NCBI GenBank assembly: GCA_010093605.1
Contig: MU004181.1
Location: forward strand, 1,116,001 to 1,180,000
Length of the DNA: 64,000 nt
Reading direction: 5' to 3'
From: Lophium mytilinum
Lineage: Eukaryota
Part shown: positions 37,001-49,471 of the stretch, in pieces
Layout of the letters: the number at the start of each line of letters is the position of its first letter
Numbering within the stretch: position 1 is the first letter of the stretch
Made by a program: the position numbers and the translations under genes
Notes under the pieces: generated by a model
What the model saw: the letters and a program-made list of their open reading frames with translations, nothing else
What the model was told of the DNA's origin: nothing
Databases searched by the model: none

Positions 37001-39209
37001 TTGGCCGAAGAACGAACTGCTTCCGAGGCCCGCGAGGCTAGGAGATTGGAGTTCTCCAACAGATCCAAACATACTATCGAATCCCGCGCCAAAACCACCG
37101 CGCTCCCTAATCGGCGTTCCTATTGACTGCTGTCCTGTAGGCCAAGCGGCTGCGCCACCGAGACCAGGAAGACCACCTAGGCCACTCAAGCTCGGAAAAC
37201 CCCTCGTGGGTCCTGTACTCGAGGTCTGGCTTCGGTCACTCGCAGCAGCTTCGAAGGCGCCCGGAACACGACCTAAATTGCCAAGGCCACCGAATGGGGC
37301 CATTCCCGGTCCAACAGATTGATCAACCTGGAAACTTCCAAGGCCAGGAAACTGGGGGTTTTGGATGTCTGATTCATCGGTATCATCTTCAGTGTCGGTG
37401 CGTTCGTGCTCAGGGCTCTGGTATGGATTGGTATTAGTTGGACTCATCGGCTCGTGACTCGAATCCCCAGCACGATGCTGTGGTGTGTGGTGCGAATAAT
37501 TATCTCGGCCATGAAAGATATCACGAATGCCTGTAGTATCCGATGTCATTCCGAACGCAGAGAAACCGGGGTCGTCACGCGGGTCGCGTCGATTAGGAGT
37601 TCCATAGGTAGGAATGCCTGACTGACGCGGTGGACTGAGGTCCTGGCCTCCACCTAGAGCAGCGCTGCCAGAGCGCAGATCGTCATCGGGAAAGGGATCA
37701 GTGTCGTTACTAGTGGGTCGATTGGAGCGTGCTTCCATCCATGAAGGTGGTGGTCTCGTAGGATCAGCTTCACTAAGCTTCCCCAAGTTACCAAGGGACG
37801 GTTTTTCTCTCGCTGATTTTCCAATATCCTCCGAGCTATCTTTTGCCATCAAGCCTTTGAATCTGCTCTCTCCTCGCATGCTGCCATAGCCAGGCTTCTT
37901 CTCAGTCGTTGCAGGCTGCGTGGAATTCGTACCAATTGCAAAACTGCCAAAGGCACCCATCGGAGAGAATCCTGCACTCTGCGGAGTAGCCGACCAAGGA
38001 GAGGAAGGTCCAGTAATTCCAGCGCTGAAAGGGGCCGTGGTTGTCCGCCGAAGACTGCCGAAGGGATTCGGATTATCAGCCCCCGCCTCGCGCGTCCTAT
38101 CTTTATCACGTTCGTCAGTCCCAGATCCCACATTCGATTCCTTAAAATCAGTTCTCCGTCTGACAAGTGCCGGGGGAGGTGTCACGGTATTGGACTCTTC
38201 GCGAGAGTATCGAGAGTTTCCGGCAGGAGAAGCGGTCGCATTGGAGGGGAAAGGATATGCATCGCCGGTATCGCGACGGCGACCGGTTGGTCGGCTGTTG
38301 GTAGGGGAAGCCAAGCCATACGGTCCTGACGTATTTTGGGACTGGGAGATCGAAGGTTTTCGTAGCGACAGTGCCTCTTTGGGTGTGCCATCCTTATTCG
38401 TGGCCGGAATGGGTGGCTTGAGGGGTGAGTTGACGGAACCCAAGAATAACTATCGAGAGGTCAGCCAAAGCATAAACATAATATTGGCAGGATCACGAAC
38501 CTCTTTTTCGTCTTCGGTCAGGTCCCTCAAGTTCAATGGAACAACACTGCCGTCACGGTCCCAGCAAATATCTACACCAACTTGGCCGTCCTTATTGTGT
38601 TCATCCCTGCGGCCCCAAGTGGCGCTAGATGTTCCATTCGAGATATTTGGCGCCCAATTATTCACGTATAAGTTCGACACGCCATCGCTTAGATCCCCGG
38701 AGTCCTTCTGGTTCTTGAAAAGGTCGATCAGCTGATCCTTCGAGAAATGGCTGTTGGTAGAGCTCCCATTGCGACTAGAGTTCATGTGGGGAGGCACATA
38801 AACCCCTGAATTCGACGACGGCGGGAGTCCATTGCCGTCCCGTGAAGGAGGGGCAGGCGTAGAGCCAGAGAGTGTGGTGGCATGAGATGAGCGACGAAAT
38901 GTTTGCGTGTTACCGTTTGCGCGGCGGGACCTAAGAAAAAATTAGCCGCCATAAACAGTCGCGTGTGATGTTTGGCTCTAGGCGTGGCTGAGCGCATCAT
39001 TGCTTTCGCATACTAGCAACTCTTTGCCAACAACAGCGGGAACTAAGGCGGAAGAACGCGTCTTGAAAATCGAGTGGTGCTTCGAGGTGCATCGAGGTGC
39101 ATTGATGTCTCAGGGTCAAGAGCCAATCTTACCACTCTCCGCCCGATTCTGTGCGCGTAGGGTTCGCGTTACTGGCGGCTGCAGCTGAAGCAAAGGTAGA
39201 GGGGGCCAT
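34053..39209 (-). CDS. GYF-domain protein (Smy2/Syh1/Mpd2/GIGYF-like), 4 exons
   Basis: [28 protein letters not shown] is a GYF domain. N-terminus MAPSTFASAAA..W/SRRANG..VYVPPH; last exon IDSRHFAEEFLRRRKLADKG..GGWSEVAKK..FKVVAAKKKGGKR*. Canonical introns. Confidence 0.9.
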
Positions 39210-40760
39210 GTCTGTGGTCGAGGTTGGCTGGCGAGTGGCGGGTATGCTGGCCAGGAGGGAAAGGATGCGAGTGACCGAGTCGGGGTCGGTGGCGGCACAG
39301 CTTGTTGTGATAAGGCTGGTAGTATAATTATCTGGTGCAAAGACAGCTGACAGTATATGATACACGTGAGACGAATGTGCGTGTGGTGAAGGAGTGGGTG
39401 GGGATACGAAGATCGATTTCACGATGGAGGGAGAAGAAGGTGTGGAGTTGAAAGCTTTCTGCATTTTTGGACCAGTGGTAACGAGTCACGTGATCATCAA
39501 CGTCTTGTCTAGCCCCATACTGCCACGCATCCTCCTCTCTTCTTTCCCGTCACATTTTCTGCAAATACTGATCTATCACATCCTCAATGGGCCACGTCTC
39601 ATCTCCATTATGTACATTCAGCGCCCGAAACATGGCGAACAGGCTCAAATTAGATATCACACCAATCTCGCCCTAAGGAACTCCACTTGGCCTTGCGCCT
39701 GTCCACGGTTCCGCCTTCAACGCGTCACGGACCCGGCCCTTGAAATACTCGACACGACTGGCATCTTACCCAACACTTTAGGCCCGCTTTGAATAACGAC
39801 TGCAGGCAAGCAAACTTGCGTTCTGCCGACGCCATTACATTTTAAGCTGCTCCTTGTTCGGTTCGTATGGCTTATCTACCGGCACGGTACCCACCCTTCC
39901 CCATGGGGAGGTTTTTTTAGACTTCCATGGGGCTTGGCCTCTTGAGGTGTCCTGGTTTCCTCAATACTTCTAGATGTAAGCAGTGCCTGCCTGCTTTCGT
40001 CCTCTATGCTCGTGCGTTTTGCAGAGCGCTCGATGTTGAGTTTCACAGCATCCTCTCGTAGCCTCCCTTCCCTATCCTTGCTTTTACTAGTTTGCTACCT
40101 TTCTGCAAAGCTTTTCGTTTTGACGTGTCAAGTTTGCGCCAAACTTGGCGCCTATCATCTCCTGAGACGTTGATTGATCGGTGCATCACTTTCCGAAGGC
40201 TTGGAACTATTGGCTACATCATGCGCTTTACCGTCTGCCTCTACCGTCTGCCTCCCGCAAAACTTTTTTGTTCAGCCTATCTCTCCTTGTGACCTTCTGT
40301 TCGGCGAGGAAATGATCTTCTGAGTCTACAGATCTCATTCGAGCCCGAAAGGATGCGAGCACCTATGAAGTCAGCGAGAAATTAGCACTTGCTATAAAGA
40401 CAGCAATACCCAGCGCTCGCGCTCATGCAACTTCCTTTGAGTGTAACAGCGATACCCACAGGCGCCTGCAATTATCTCCTCATCAAACTTGCGTGTTTGC
40501 TGCTCCAGTCGTCCACGTGAGGACTGTAATCACCAAGCGAACCCTTCTCTAACAATCATCCACCTCCAAACTCCGCAAAACCGGATCTTTTCCGGAATTC
40601 ACTTCATAGCTGGGTTTAGAAAGCCGGAAGTTTCTTGCCTGAGCAGTCTTGCTCAAGAACTCAATTCGCAAAAGAACTCTTCTTATCTGAAGCCAGCCAA
40701 TCTAACCTCACTCGATTTCTTCAGAGTTGAATTCGTATTCGACTCAAGTGCCACTTCTGA

Positions 40761-41597
40761 ATGCCACATCACCGCAAACTTGTTCCTGGTAGAGACCACC
40801 CCGCTCCAGAACATTACACCCCCCGATCCATGCTCCCTTCCTTCTGGGGAGGACGTCGCTCTGGGATGCATAGGACAGGCCGCGGGCACGGGCACAGCTA
40901 CGAGGGCTACGAAAGTGGTGGAGAGAACGCTCGAATGAATCGGCAAAGACAGCTATACAGCGGCATGCGTGGCCATCGACGTTCTGGAGGTTTTCCGATG
41001 TACAAGGGGTACGAATCCCCTTATAGTAGTTGGGGACAAGGAGGAGTAGGAGGACTGGGAGCGCCTTTCCGCGGCGCCCCTTACAACGGAGGTTATAGGC
41101 CCCACCCTTCCCCATATCTAAGAAACCAATTCGGGATGCGACCTCAATCTGCACCCTGGGGTCCCCGTCCAGGCATATTCAATCGCCAGTTTGGCCACCA
41201 CGCTGTACGCACTCCTTACAGTCAACAACCCTTCGCGCGTGGCATGGGCGGTGGCATGGGCGGTGGCTTTCGACTGGGTGGCTATGGTGGCATGGGTGGT
41301 TTTCCTGCAATGCCCAGACGACGGCCGACACAAATGCGAAGGGCTCGAAGCTACATGGAAGATGATGACGACCTTGACGGCCTGGGCGACGACAGCAGCC
41401 ACCTGGGTACGTTCAGCAGTTACGACCGCTACGGGTCCAGTCACCCAACCTCTACTTGGGATGGAGACACATCAGATTTTGAAGAAGACGAGGGCTATTC
41501 CGATGACGAGGACGAAGACTATTTTGACGAGTCAGGATCTTCCTTTGGTGGTCGCCGCAACCACTTCAGTGGATTCGGTCGTCATGGCTTTCAATGA
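40761..41597 (+). CDS. Hypothetical low-complexity protein (Gly/Arg/Tyr/Met-rich with an acidic C-terminal block), 278 aa
   Basis: Single ATG ORF with a coherent compositional architecture; no family recognised. Confidence 0.6.
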   Translation: MPHHRKLVPGRDHPAPEHYTPRSMLPSFWGGRRSGMHRTGRGHGHSYEGYESGGENARMNRQRQLYSGMRGHRRSGGFPMYKGYESPYSSWGQGGVGGLGAPFRGAPYNGGYRPHPSPYLRNQFGMRPQSAPWGPRPGIFNRQFGHHAVRTPYSQQPFARGMGGGMGGGFRLGGYGGMGGFPAMPRRRPTQMRRARSYMEDDDDLDGLGDDSSHLGTFSSYDRYGSSHPTSTWDGDTSDFEEDEGYSDDEDEDYFDESGSSFGGRRNHFSGFGRHGFQ

Positions 41598-42296
41598 CCC
41601 TTTCTTGTCTCTCCTTATTTCTTGTATTGTCGGATCAGTCTTCATCGCTTTGCTGCTGTCATTACCTGTTTTCCTGGTGCCTGAAGCGGTAGTTGGACAT
41701 TCACAGGTTCACCTATTACCTTTCTTCCTTGTCAATACTAGATTTCCCAAACACGATCGCTACAATGTACGCGTCTCCTGATGAACCCTGTGTCTGATTC
41801 CATTTTAATATTTCCACTTTTCCACTTCACTCTTGTCTTTCGTTCTAGCTCTTGTTTGACTTTCGGATGAACGGAAATACCTTGTCTTGATTCTCGAAGT
41901 TGTCTCTACTCTCGTGCCTCCCAGGAATGCACTCTCCTTCAATCCTTCAAACGACGGCCATCTTCTTTGCCGCGGCTCCCCCTTCGTTTCCCCAACCGAT
42001 CCTATTTCTTCAGACTTGCCCTGTTTGTCACGTCATCAGTATCATTCTAGGCATGACGAGAGACAAATGACCAACCGCACTTCTTCATCTAGGATACAGT
42101 TTGCGCAATCATATCTGAGATTCACTTTGAAGCATGACTTTTCTTTGCAATCTGCTCAGTGATCTTTATATGATGCCCCAATCCATCTTTGTCCCTCCAT
42201 CTTCAGCTGTCGGAATCTTTTCGCTTCCCAGTGCCACACATATCCAGACCCAGACATCCATACTTACATACGAGAAAAGTGTGCTCTCCCAGCCAA

Positions 42297-42518
42297 ATGT
42301 GTGTCGTCATCTTTTACCGCCACCAGTGCGGCCATCATGAGCACGTCAAGCGCATCTGTCGCCCGACTTACGTGGACGACTCAGACCGGTGTCCGCAGCG
42401 ATGGGAGAAGACTATCGAACCGCCCCGCTGTATCGAATGCATGAAGCAGCAAGGCTTAGGGTTGGAGGCAGAGATCTGGAGCAGCTTTGGCGCAAGTAGA
42501 AGCAGCGGCGGGTCATGA
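42297..42518 (+). CDS. Small Cys-rich protein (MC..CGH..C..C..CxxC), 73 aa, putative metal-binding
   Basis: MCVVIFYRHQCGHHEHVKRIC...RCPQ...RCIEC follows a pattern common among small ascomycete hypothetical proteins. Confidence 0.55.
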   Translation: MCVVIFYRHQCGHHEHVKRICRPTYVDDSDRCPQRWEKTIEPPRCIECMKQQGLGLEAEIWSSFGASRSSGGS

Positions 42519-42804
42519 AATGCGGGAGTACTAGGGCAGAATTGTTTGCGGCGTTCGACAATACACGTACGGTTGTAGAAGTTAATGTGATTTATTCAGG
42601 CTAAGCAAACCCGATCCCAATTCGCACAATCGCTTGACCCTGGAGGGCTGTTCGCAAACGCAGGGAATCTCAGATTGACCATACCCACCCAAGAGCTGAG
42701 ATGTAGAAACGACTAACGGGATGAAAGCAGAAGAATGAACCTGAAAAGTAGGACTGATTGTGATGACCCTTCTATTACCGACGTCCTGGATTCACCGCCC
42801 GCGC

Positions 42805-43766
42805 CTATTTCTTCGGGGGGTATTTCTGGAAGAGATATCTGGAAAACAAATTAGCCCAAACCTCGTAATGTGACAGTTTGCCATTGTACGATCAATAGCA
42901 ATCGCAAACTTACTGGCTGACGTAGTAGTCCGCCACACCAAACAGCCCAACAACACCGGCAAAGATACCGCCCACTTTCCACGAGAACTCGCCGGCAGTG
43001 TACTTCTTGTAGATACCCACGCCCAACGCTGTCGCTACCGCAGCGCTGACGACCAGGTTGCCAATGACGACGGGATTGTCCGAGTTCTGGCGGAACTTGT
43101 GTGCAGCGCGGCCTCCCTTGGCCTTTGCAGCCGCCTTTGCGTCCTTCGCCTTCTGGGCCGCCTTTGCAGCTTCTTCCTTCGTCTTCCGCTCAGCGGCTTC
43201 GGCTTCGTGCTCGATCCGGTCCTTTTGTGTCTCCGTCTTGATCTCTTGCGATTCGAAGTCGGATGGGACGGACGAGATGTGTGGGCTGTCAACGTCGACA
43301 AGCGAAGATACGCTGTCGTCGGTGTGGACAACTTCGGGGACGGCTGGTGCGCGACTGTTAAGCGTCAGGACTGGCTTTGGAAGTATATAGCAACAGCGTA
43401 ATCCGCCAGAAAGGGCTGGTGCTCGACAGTTTCATGTCGCTTGTCTCGCTTTGATCACAGATGCTGAGGCGAGGATGAGCACAGAAGTTCTGTCTTCTTT
43501 CCCATGCTCGTTTTTATCCTCGTTTCCATGATATTTGGGGTATTTGGGGTATTTTGACGGTATTGCAAATTTGTTCGGTGCTATCACGGCTCGCGACAAA
43601 TGTCGTTGGAATGCTGTCATACAACAAAGGATATGGTGATAAGGCAATGAAAACGAACTCACGCCTACGAAGAGTCAGTATAGCTTCACGGGGCACATCT
43701 GGACGGGGAACAAACTTCTTCAGGAGACTGCTTCGGGCCGCTGGCGGCTGCGTCTGCGTAGGACAT
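42805..43766 (-). CDS. OM14-like mitochondrial outer-membrane protein (exons 43766-43716, 43664-43663, 43354-42914, 42838-42805)
   Basis: Spliced product MSYADAAASGPKQSPEE/A/RAPAVPEVVHTDDSVSSLVDVDSPHISSVPSDF...NSDNPVVIGN...GLFGVADYYVSQ/YLFQKYPPKK* with two C-terminal hydrophobic segments. The gene is well supported; the OM14 assignment is recalled and less certain. The ORF track misses this gene. Confidence 0.8.
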
Positions 43767-44522
43767 GATAGCGGTGTGGAGGGAGCTTTGAAGAAGAACG
43801 TGGAGCGTGCAGGAAGCGAGTAGCAGAGGGTGACTAGCTGAGGACTGCAGGGGACGAGGAATTAAATGGAACTAGAAGAGCAGACGAAGAGAAAAGAGTC
43901 GTGCAGTCGTGTGATGGTGTCGACGTGGTTGGTGTCGGAAGAAACAGGCTCACATGTTCCTGGTCGTGGGACTAGAGCCGAAGTCGTCGCAGCTTTCTAG
44001 TGGCCGTGATGTCATGCCCGTGCGCTATGGTGAAAAGGCTCGACGCTTTGACATTCAGAGTCCATTAAACACAAAGTCGCGGAGCATTCTGGATTTTGGA
44101 TAACATACCAGAGGACCTCAAGCAGTGTCAAGCAAGCGCACACAAACACAAAAAGAGCGCGTCCCTCACATGTAGGAGGTCTAGCGTCAGAACGGTGTAG
44201 CGGATTATTGAATTGCCATTCCCTATGCATCAGTCTATTATTCCACCTGAAACAGCCCGTGAAACCCCGACGATGTGATATCAAGCGGCTGTTTTACGCG
44301 TTGCTACAGTCGAAACCTATACTTTTCCCAGAGAAGGGGAAGGTTCCCTTTTCTTCACCACTCATGCTGCTAAAACCTAGGGACATGCAAAAGTTTGATT
44401 GCTATTGTACATTTCAGAGTCGTCTCATCCCTCTCGAAGTTGAGTTTCGCTTTGAAGGGAGAACTCCTATGCCATCTTACGCTGGTTGTTGATATAGTAC
44501 AAGCTCACTGCTCTCCGCCGCA

Positions 44523-45396
44523 TTACGACTTCTTTTCTTCATTATCCGACTGCGTGTCATGCCACGCTCGAGGGACCAGTTCATTAGCCTCGCTTACAGG
44601 CTCCTCCTTCTTAACCTTATCCGCAGCAGCCTTGATCTCATCTCGTTTTGCTAGCACTTCGTCCGTCAAACTCGATTCGATGTGTGCTTGGGGGACGGCC
44701 TCGGTATCGCTTTCTGGGTTTTCTGAGGTTGGAGGTGTCGCATCGTCTGGTGAGGCAACGTCTAGGCCGGCCTCCGACTCCTCCTCTTCCAGTTCAGCGC
44801 CGTATATATCGGGATGTGCTCGGAAGCAATCTTGCATGCCCCTAAAGAAACAAGTCAGTGTTGAACCATGCCGGTTCTAGAGCATGTGCCGACTTACTTG
44901 AACTTGTCAATGCAATCCATGCCCTTCGGCTCGTCTGTCGAGAATACAAAGCAGCTGAATGCTGCCTTGAACTGTTCTCCACAAGGTCCGTCGGCCATGC
45001 CTCCCAGGCACGGGCAATCCCAATTAATCTCGCCAGTCTCCGGATTGAAAGCGCCTTGTTGATCTGCCTCCTCTTCGAGCTCCCCTAGTCCCTGCTCCCC
45101 CTCCTTTTCCACGGGTATGGGTTCTACAACGGTATCTATTGGTGATAGTTAGCTACCATTATCGCCACCGGGCGCATCTCCACTATCTTACAAGCCGGCT
45201 CCTCCGCAAACACACTGCTTGTGTTATAATAGTATACAGCTCCCGCCGCGAGACCCCATCGCGCTGCTGCGCTCTTCCAGCTCCTGGACTTCTGGCTCGG
45301 GGGAGCGGTGCTGATGAATCGTCGTGTAGGGCTGGCGCGAGAGAGGGAGCGGAACGCGCTAGGGCGCGCAATTAATCGTGAGGTAGGACGGAACAT
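44523..45396 (-). CDS. MIA40: Mitochondrial intermembrane space import and assembly protein 40 (exons 45396-45192, 45135-44898, 44841-44523)
   Basis: Presequence plus TM segment, then [36 protein letters not shown]...[24 protein letters not shown] (CPC plus twin CX9C). Confidence 0.95.
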
Positions 45397-46139
45397 TATG
45401 GGGAATTGGACAACAAGAAGGAGATGAAAAAGAATGTAGAGTGGCCGTTGATGTCGTTGTCGAATGATGGCCGGCCAGTTTGGTCCGTGATTTCTAATTA
45501 GACCCGGCCAGTTTAACGATCTCCGACCGCGATTTCTTTGCGCCTGAGCCTGAGGCTAGCAGAGCTAGCAGTCTACGTATTTGTGATCTCACTTCAAGAC
45601 TCTTAGATTTTGAACATACAACCGCTTCGGGCTTATGTACACTTGCACGGCATAATTTAGAGGTCCCGTGGTACATGATCAGGAAACGAAGAAAGACAGG
45701 TTTGAAGAGCTTGATAATTCCTAGCCAACCTCAGACGAAGTCACGCTAGACTGCCACTTTATGTAAAGGGAGCTTAGCTAGGGCATTCACCTTTATCTAA
45801 AAGATTCACCCTTCACGTCTAGCTTGCTAGTCATGGGCTCACAGTTACGATTTTGACATTCAAAGACGAGTTTAGAATGCCCCTGATCTCCAATTCGGTA
45901 GCATTTCGAATTCTGGGTCTGATTTCAGGCCTCATCATCTACGACGCTTTCGCCAGCAAAAGAGGGTTGCATTTCAAGATCCCAATTCAAGGAATGAATA
46001 GCCCTGGGATGGACTTTTGAATTATTCTATGAACTTCTGCTTCTGTATTCAATTCCAAAGCAACGTTACGACCTCAAACGTGCAGTCGACAGTGTACGAT
46101 ATACTATGGGCATGATATCTCTATGAAGCCTCTAGCACA

Positions 46140-48254
46140 TTACTTCCCTAAAGAACGGTTTTAGCGGCTTGTTCTCGGCGCATCATCGTGTCCCAATATA
46201 GGTGGTACTTACTGCTCGCCAACCACTTCTTCACTGTCCGAATTTCCCACAAATGGGCTTCTCGAATGAATTGCGGCTCTGCTGTAATGTTTTTGATTCC
46301 ATAGGAATCCCAGTGATGGCCTCCAGGCATGATGAGATACTCTGGGTGAAGGTCCGACGATATCCGGGGCGGCGCATCGTTGGAATGATAGCACACATCT
46401 AACCACACATCCGAATCTAGCATCGAGGTCAGCTCCGTCCCAACACACGTCGATCGTTCGACTTACTGCCATCGATAAAGGCGAGGCGATCAGCTTTGAA
46501 GTTGAAGCCGCCATAATGATTATAATAATCTAGATTTGGGGTGGGTGGGATCGAGTTGAATTTGCCGTGGGGGAAGGCCCAGGTGCACCATTCCTGACTG
46601 TGCTTTCATTAGCCCTTCATCCTTGCAGCGGTTTGGCTTTTCTATACGCACGTATAATCTACTTGGAGCACCCTCGAGATTAAAGACGGGCCGTGGGCTG
46701 GGGCAACTTGGTATGCTCCCTGTTCGGTACATGCTAGTCAAGAGTCAATCAAAGATTGAAAAGCAACAGGCTCAGCAGCTTACTTGAGTAGAGGTATGAG
46801 CGGGCGGCTGAATTTGTGACATCTGCGTAGAAAGTTTCTGATAGAACAATCAGCAAGGCCCAAGAATATGCATTTGGCTCGATTTACCATTCTGAGTGCT
46901 GAAGCAGCCTGGATCCGTGCTATCAATCCTCCCGCTCAGGCATAGAGGAACAATGACCTTTTTCACATAGTCCGCATACTTTCCAAGATCAGTCCACGGT
47001 TCTCCGCCAGTGTAGGGCGCTAGTTTGTAGTCAACAGATGTGATGCTCTCCGGTGCATCAATGTTGGTGACATTGGAGCAGAAGTTCCAGAAATCGTCGG
47101 AGCTATATGCCGGGTACCATATAAGCTCCTGCCATGTTCCTGTTGGATAGTTCATTGGACCACCGACTGACATCGCGATTAGAAATTGAACGTTTGGGAA
47201 GCAATCTGGAATACGTACTGGGAAACGCGATGGTCATCGCGAAATCGCGGATATCTGTTAGATCTCCTAAGCCAAAGATTTCTTTCAGTTCTTGGATTGC
47301 TTTAGTGTTCTTGGCTTGAACTAGCTGGTCCATTTTGTCGATAATCCCGTTGATGCTCGCAATACAATCGGATGGCCCGAACTTCTGAATCGGGTCGTAC
47401 CTAGACAATGATACTTAATCGCGATATAGTCACGGCTAGGGAGACGAGCTTCCGACTTACCACTGTGGATAGGCAAGCACAGCATGGATGACCCCAGAGC
47501 TTGCAATGCCTCCATAGAGTACATCTCCATGAGCTTTGATGGAGAAAGCAGTCTGGGCACCAGCTAAGCTCCCTCCGTAAAGGATCCATGGGGTATCTGG
47601 GGCAAGAAGACTGCCGTTGACTCCTGGAAAGACCGCATGTTGAGCAAAGTAAGCGTTGTCAGCAATGGCTAGTTTCGTTAGTAACACGACACATGTTATT
47701 AGACGAGATAAGCTTCTCACTCTGCTCGGTGGTGAGGTATGCGAGCTCGTCGGTCGTGCTTGTGTTGTAAGGATAGCTCTCCCCGTAGTATCGGTTTTCC
47801 AGAATCACACCTAGACCATTGGTTGCCTCCATCAGGATTTGTATGACTGGCGGTGCCATGATCAGCAGAGTTCTTCCGTAGTTGCTATAAATGAATGTCG
47901 ACGCACTTCCTGTCTCGAGGTTAGAAAACCGACTTGCGAGGTCTGTTTCTCCTCCAATGTACAAGTACACGGGGCCTCCAGGTTTATAGTAGGTCGCATC
48001 GAACACATATCGCTGCTTGAAAGTGTCTTTGGTATGTGGCTTATAGCGATCACTATGTGGATAATGGTCAATCTACGCCAATTAGGACTACACATCGAAA
48101 AAAGCTTGTAGATGAGACAAACGGGCTGATCTATCGTATGATACTCGTATGCCGCCGCTTCTTGTCGCCGAACAATTGACATGTCAACATCTTTGCGCGG
48201 TGGAAGAGCTACGGCCAGCCCAGACAAGGCCAGAAGACCTGACAAGAATCGCAT
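46140..48254 (-). CDS. Secreted serine peptidase, family S28, many exons
   Basis: Signal peptide MRFLSGLLALSGLAVA; TFKQRYVFDATYYKPGGPVYLYIGGET, LENRYYGESYP, WILYGGSLAGAQ (nucleophile motif), GGHHWDSYG; last exon ..KWLAS/RK*. Confidence 0.9.
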
Positions 48255-48700
48255 GCTGCCAATTGGAACAAACTGAAGTAGGGAATTTTCAGAAAAGGTG
48301 TTCCAATCGTAGCGGGCAGTGAGCTTACTTATTGATGGAAATATCACTCAGAAATGCTACGACCTTCCCGTATGGGCAAGGCATTGTATTGATCTGCACC
48401 TTCCTTCTCCTCCCCTGTCAATTGCATCATGATAAGCTTGGCCGGGTATCCGGGAAGAAGCTAAGCTTTGAACAAGCTTTACAGCACGACGCGTAGCAGA
48501 TGCAAGCTGCCGCTCGTCTTCTATGGTACCTTTCCCCGCAGCTAGAGCCTAGCCATGCAACGCTGACCGCCGCAGTGTCGGTCGACGGTCCATTGTAGGA
48601 CTAATTGATTCATCAGGATATCGTGATAAAATGGGAAGAGGTTAGACTTCCGGATGACCCGCCGACGCATTTCCCGGGGTCCAGATTGCGAAGAGAGTTC

Positions 48701-48710
48701 GTCACGTGAC
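48701..48710. promoter_or_regulatory. Palindromic extended E-box GTCACGTGAC (bHLH/Cbf1-type site)
   Basis: Perfect 10-bp palindrome about 450 bp upstream of the S28 peptidase start; function not shown. Confidence 0.3.
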
Positions 48711-49471
48711 TTTCTCTCGGTGAGCTCCAATTCTGCATACTTTTCCATTGTCGATGAGCTCCCAGATCTCTCATAGTAAGGTGAGAGTGTGACCACTATG
48801 TATAGAGCTACATCTGTCAGGAGGTCCTTATCTACTTCGCCAACATACCAATATGCTGAATGCTACTATTAATGGTGTGAACAGTCATGATCTCTTGTAG
48901 TCAAAGAATGCTACGCCTTTCCACTTGGTGCAAATCAGTCTTCCAGCTCCTTTCGGCCTACAGCTCGCTCGAGCAAGCTGGATGATCACTCAAGCCTGAA
49001 TGTGGCAAACACTCGAGACATGGCTGTCTAACTTTTAAGATCGCGATTACAGTGTCATTTCAGAACTCCGGGCACACTAGCTCATCGCCGTCTGAGGTGC
49101 TTCGGCGCATTATAAAACTCCGATGAGATGCAAAGACCCTAAGACCCTGAATCAGAAAGGTTTCATCCCCTTCCAGTGAGCCTTGTTGGTCACTGTTTAT
49201 GGTGCTCAACACATCATCATAATTATGGAAAAGGTGGAAAGACGACGTGCTCAGACTTTGTAGCCTAGTAAAGTTGCTCTGCCATTCATTAGCAAATGAG
49301 TCGAACGGCCCGATATATCATATGTACCTTTAAATCTTTCTGCTTCAGGTTTGCAACGCCACAACAAAAGTGGCTAGTGCAGATGAGCGAGACTCTGATG
49401 CAGCGTTGCGGTTTCTCGAGACATACTCCAAGTATGCGGCTATGTATGTACAGTGTATAACTGTTGACCCA

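Noticed and set aside
37920..38735. 271-aa plus-strand ORF
   Set aside because: Antisense to the GYF gene, with no independent coding features.
43355..43662. Possible intronic snoRNA in the 308-nt intron of the OM14-like gene
   Set aside because: No convincing C/D or H/ACA box arrangement visible by eye; an Rfam scan is needed.
45780..45884. Short inverted match GGGCATTC / GAATGCCC
   Set aside because: Only about 8-9 bp with no target-site duplication; compatible with chance.
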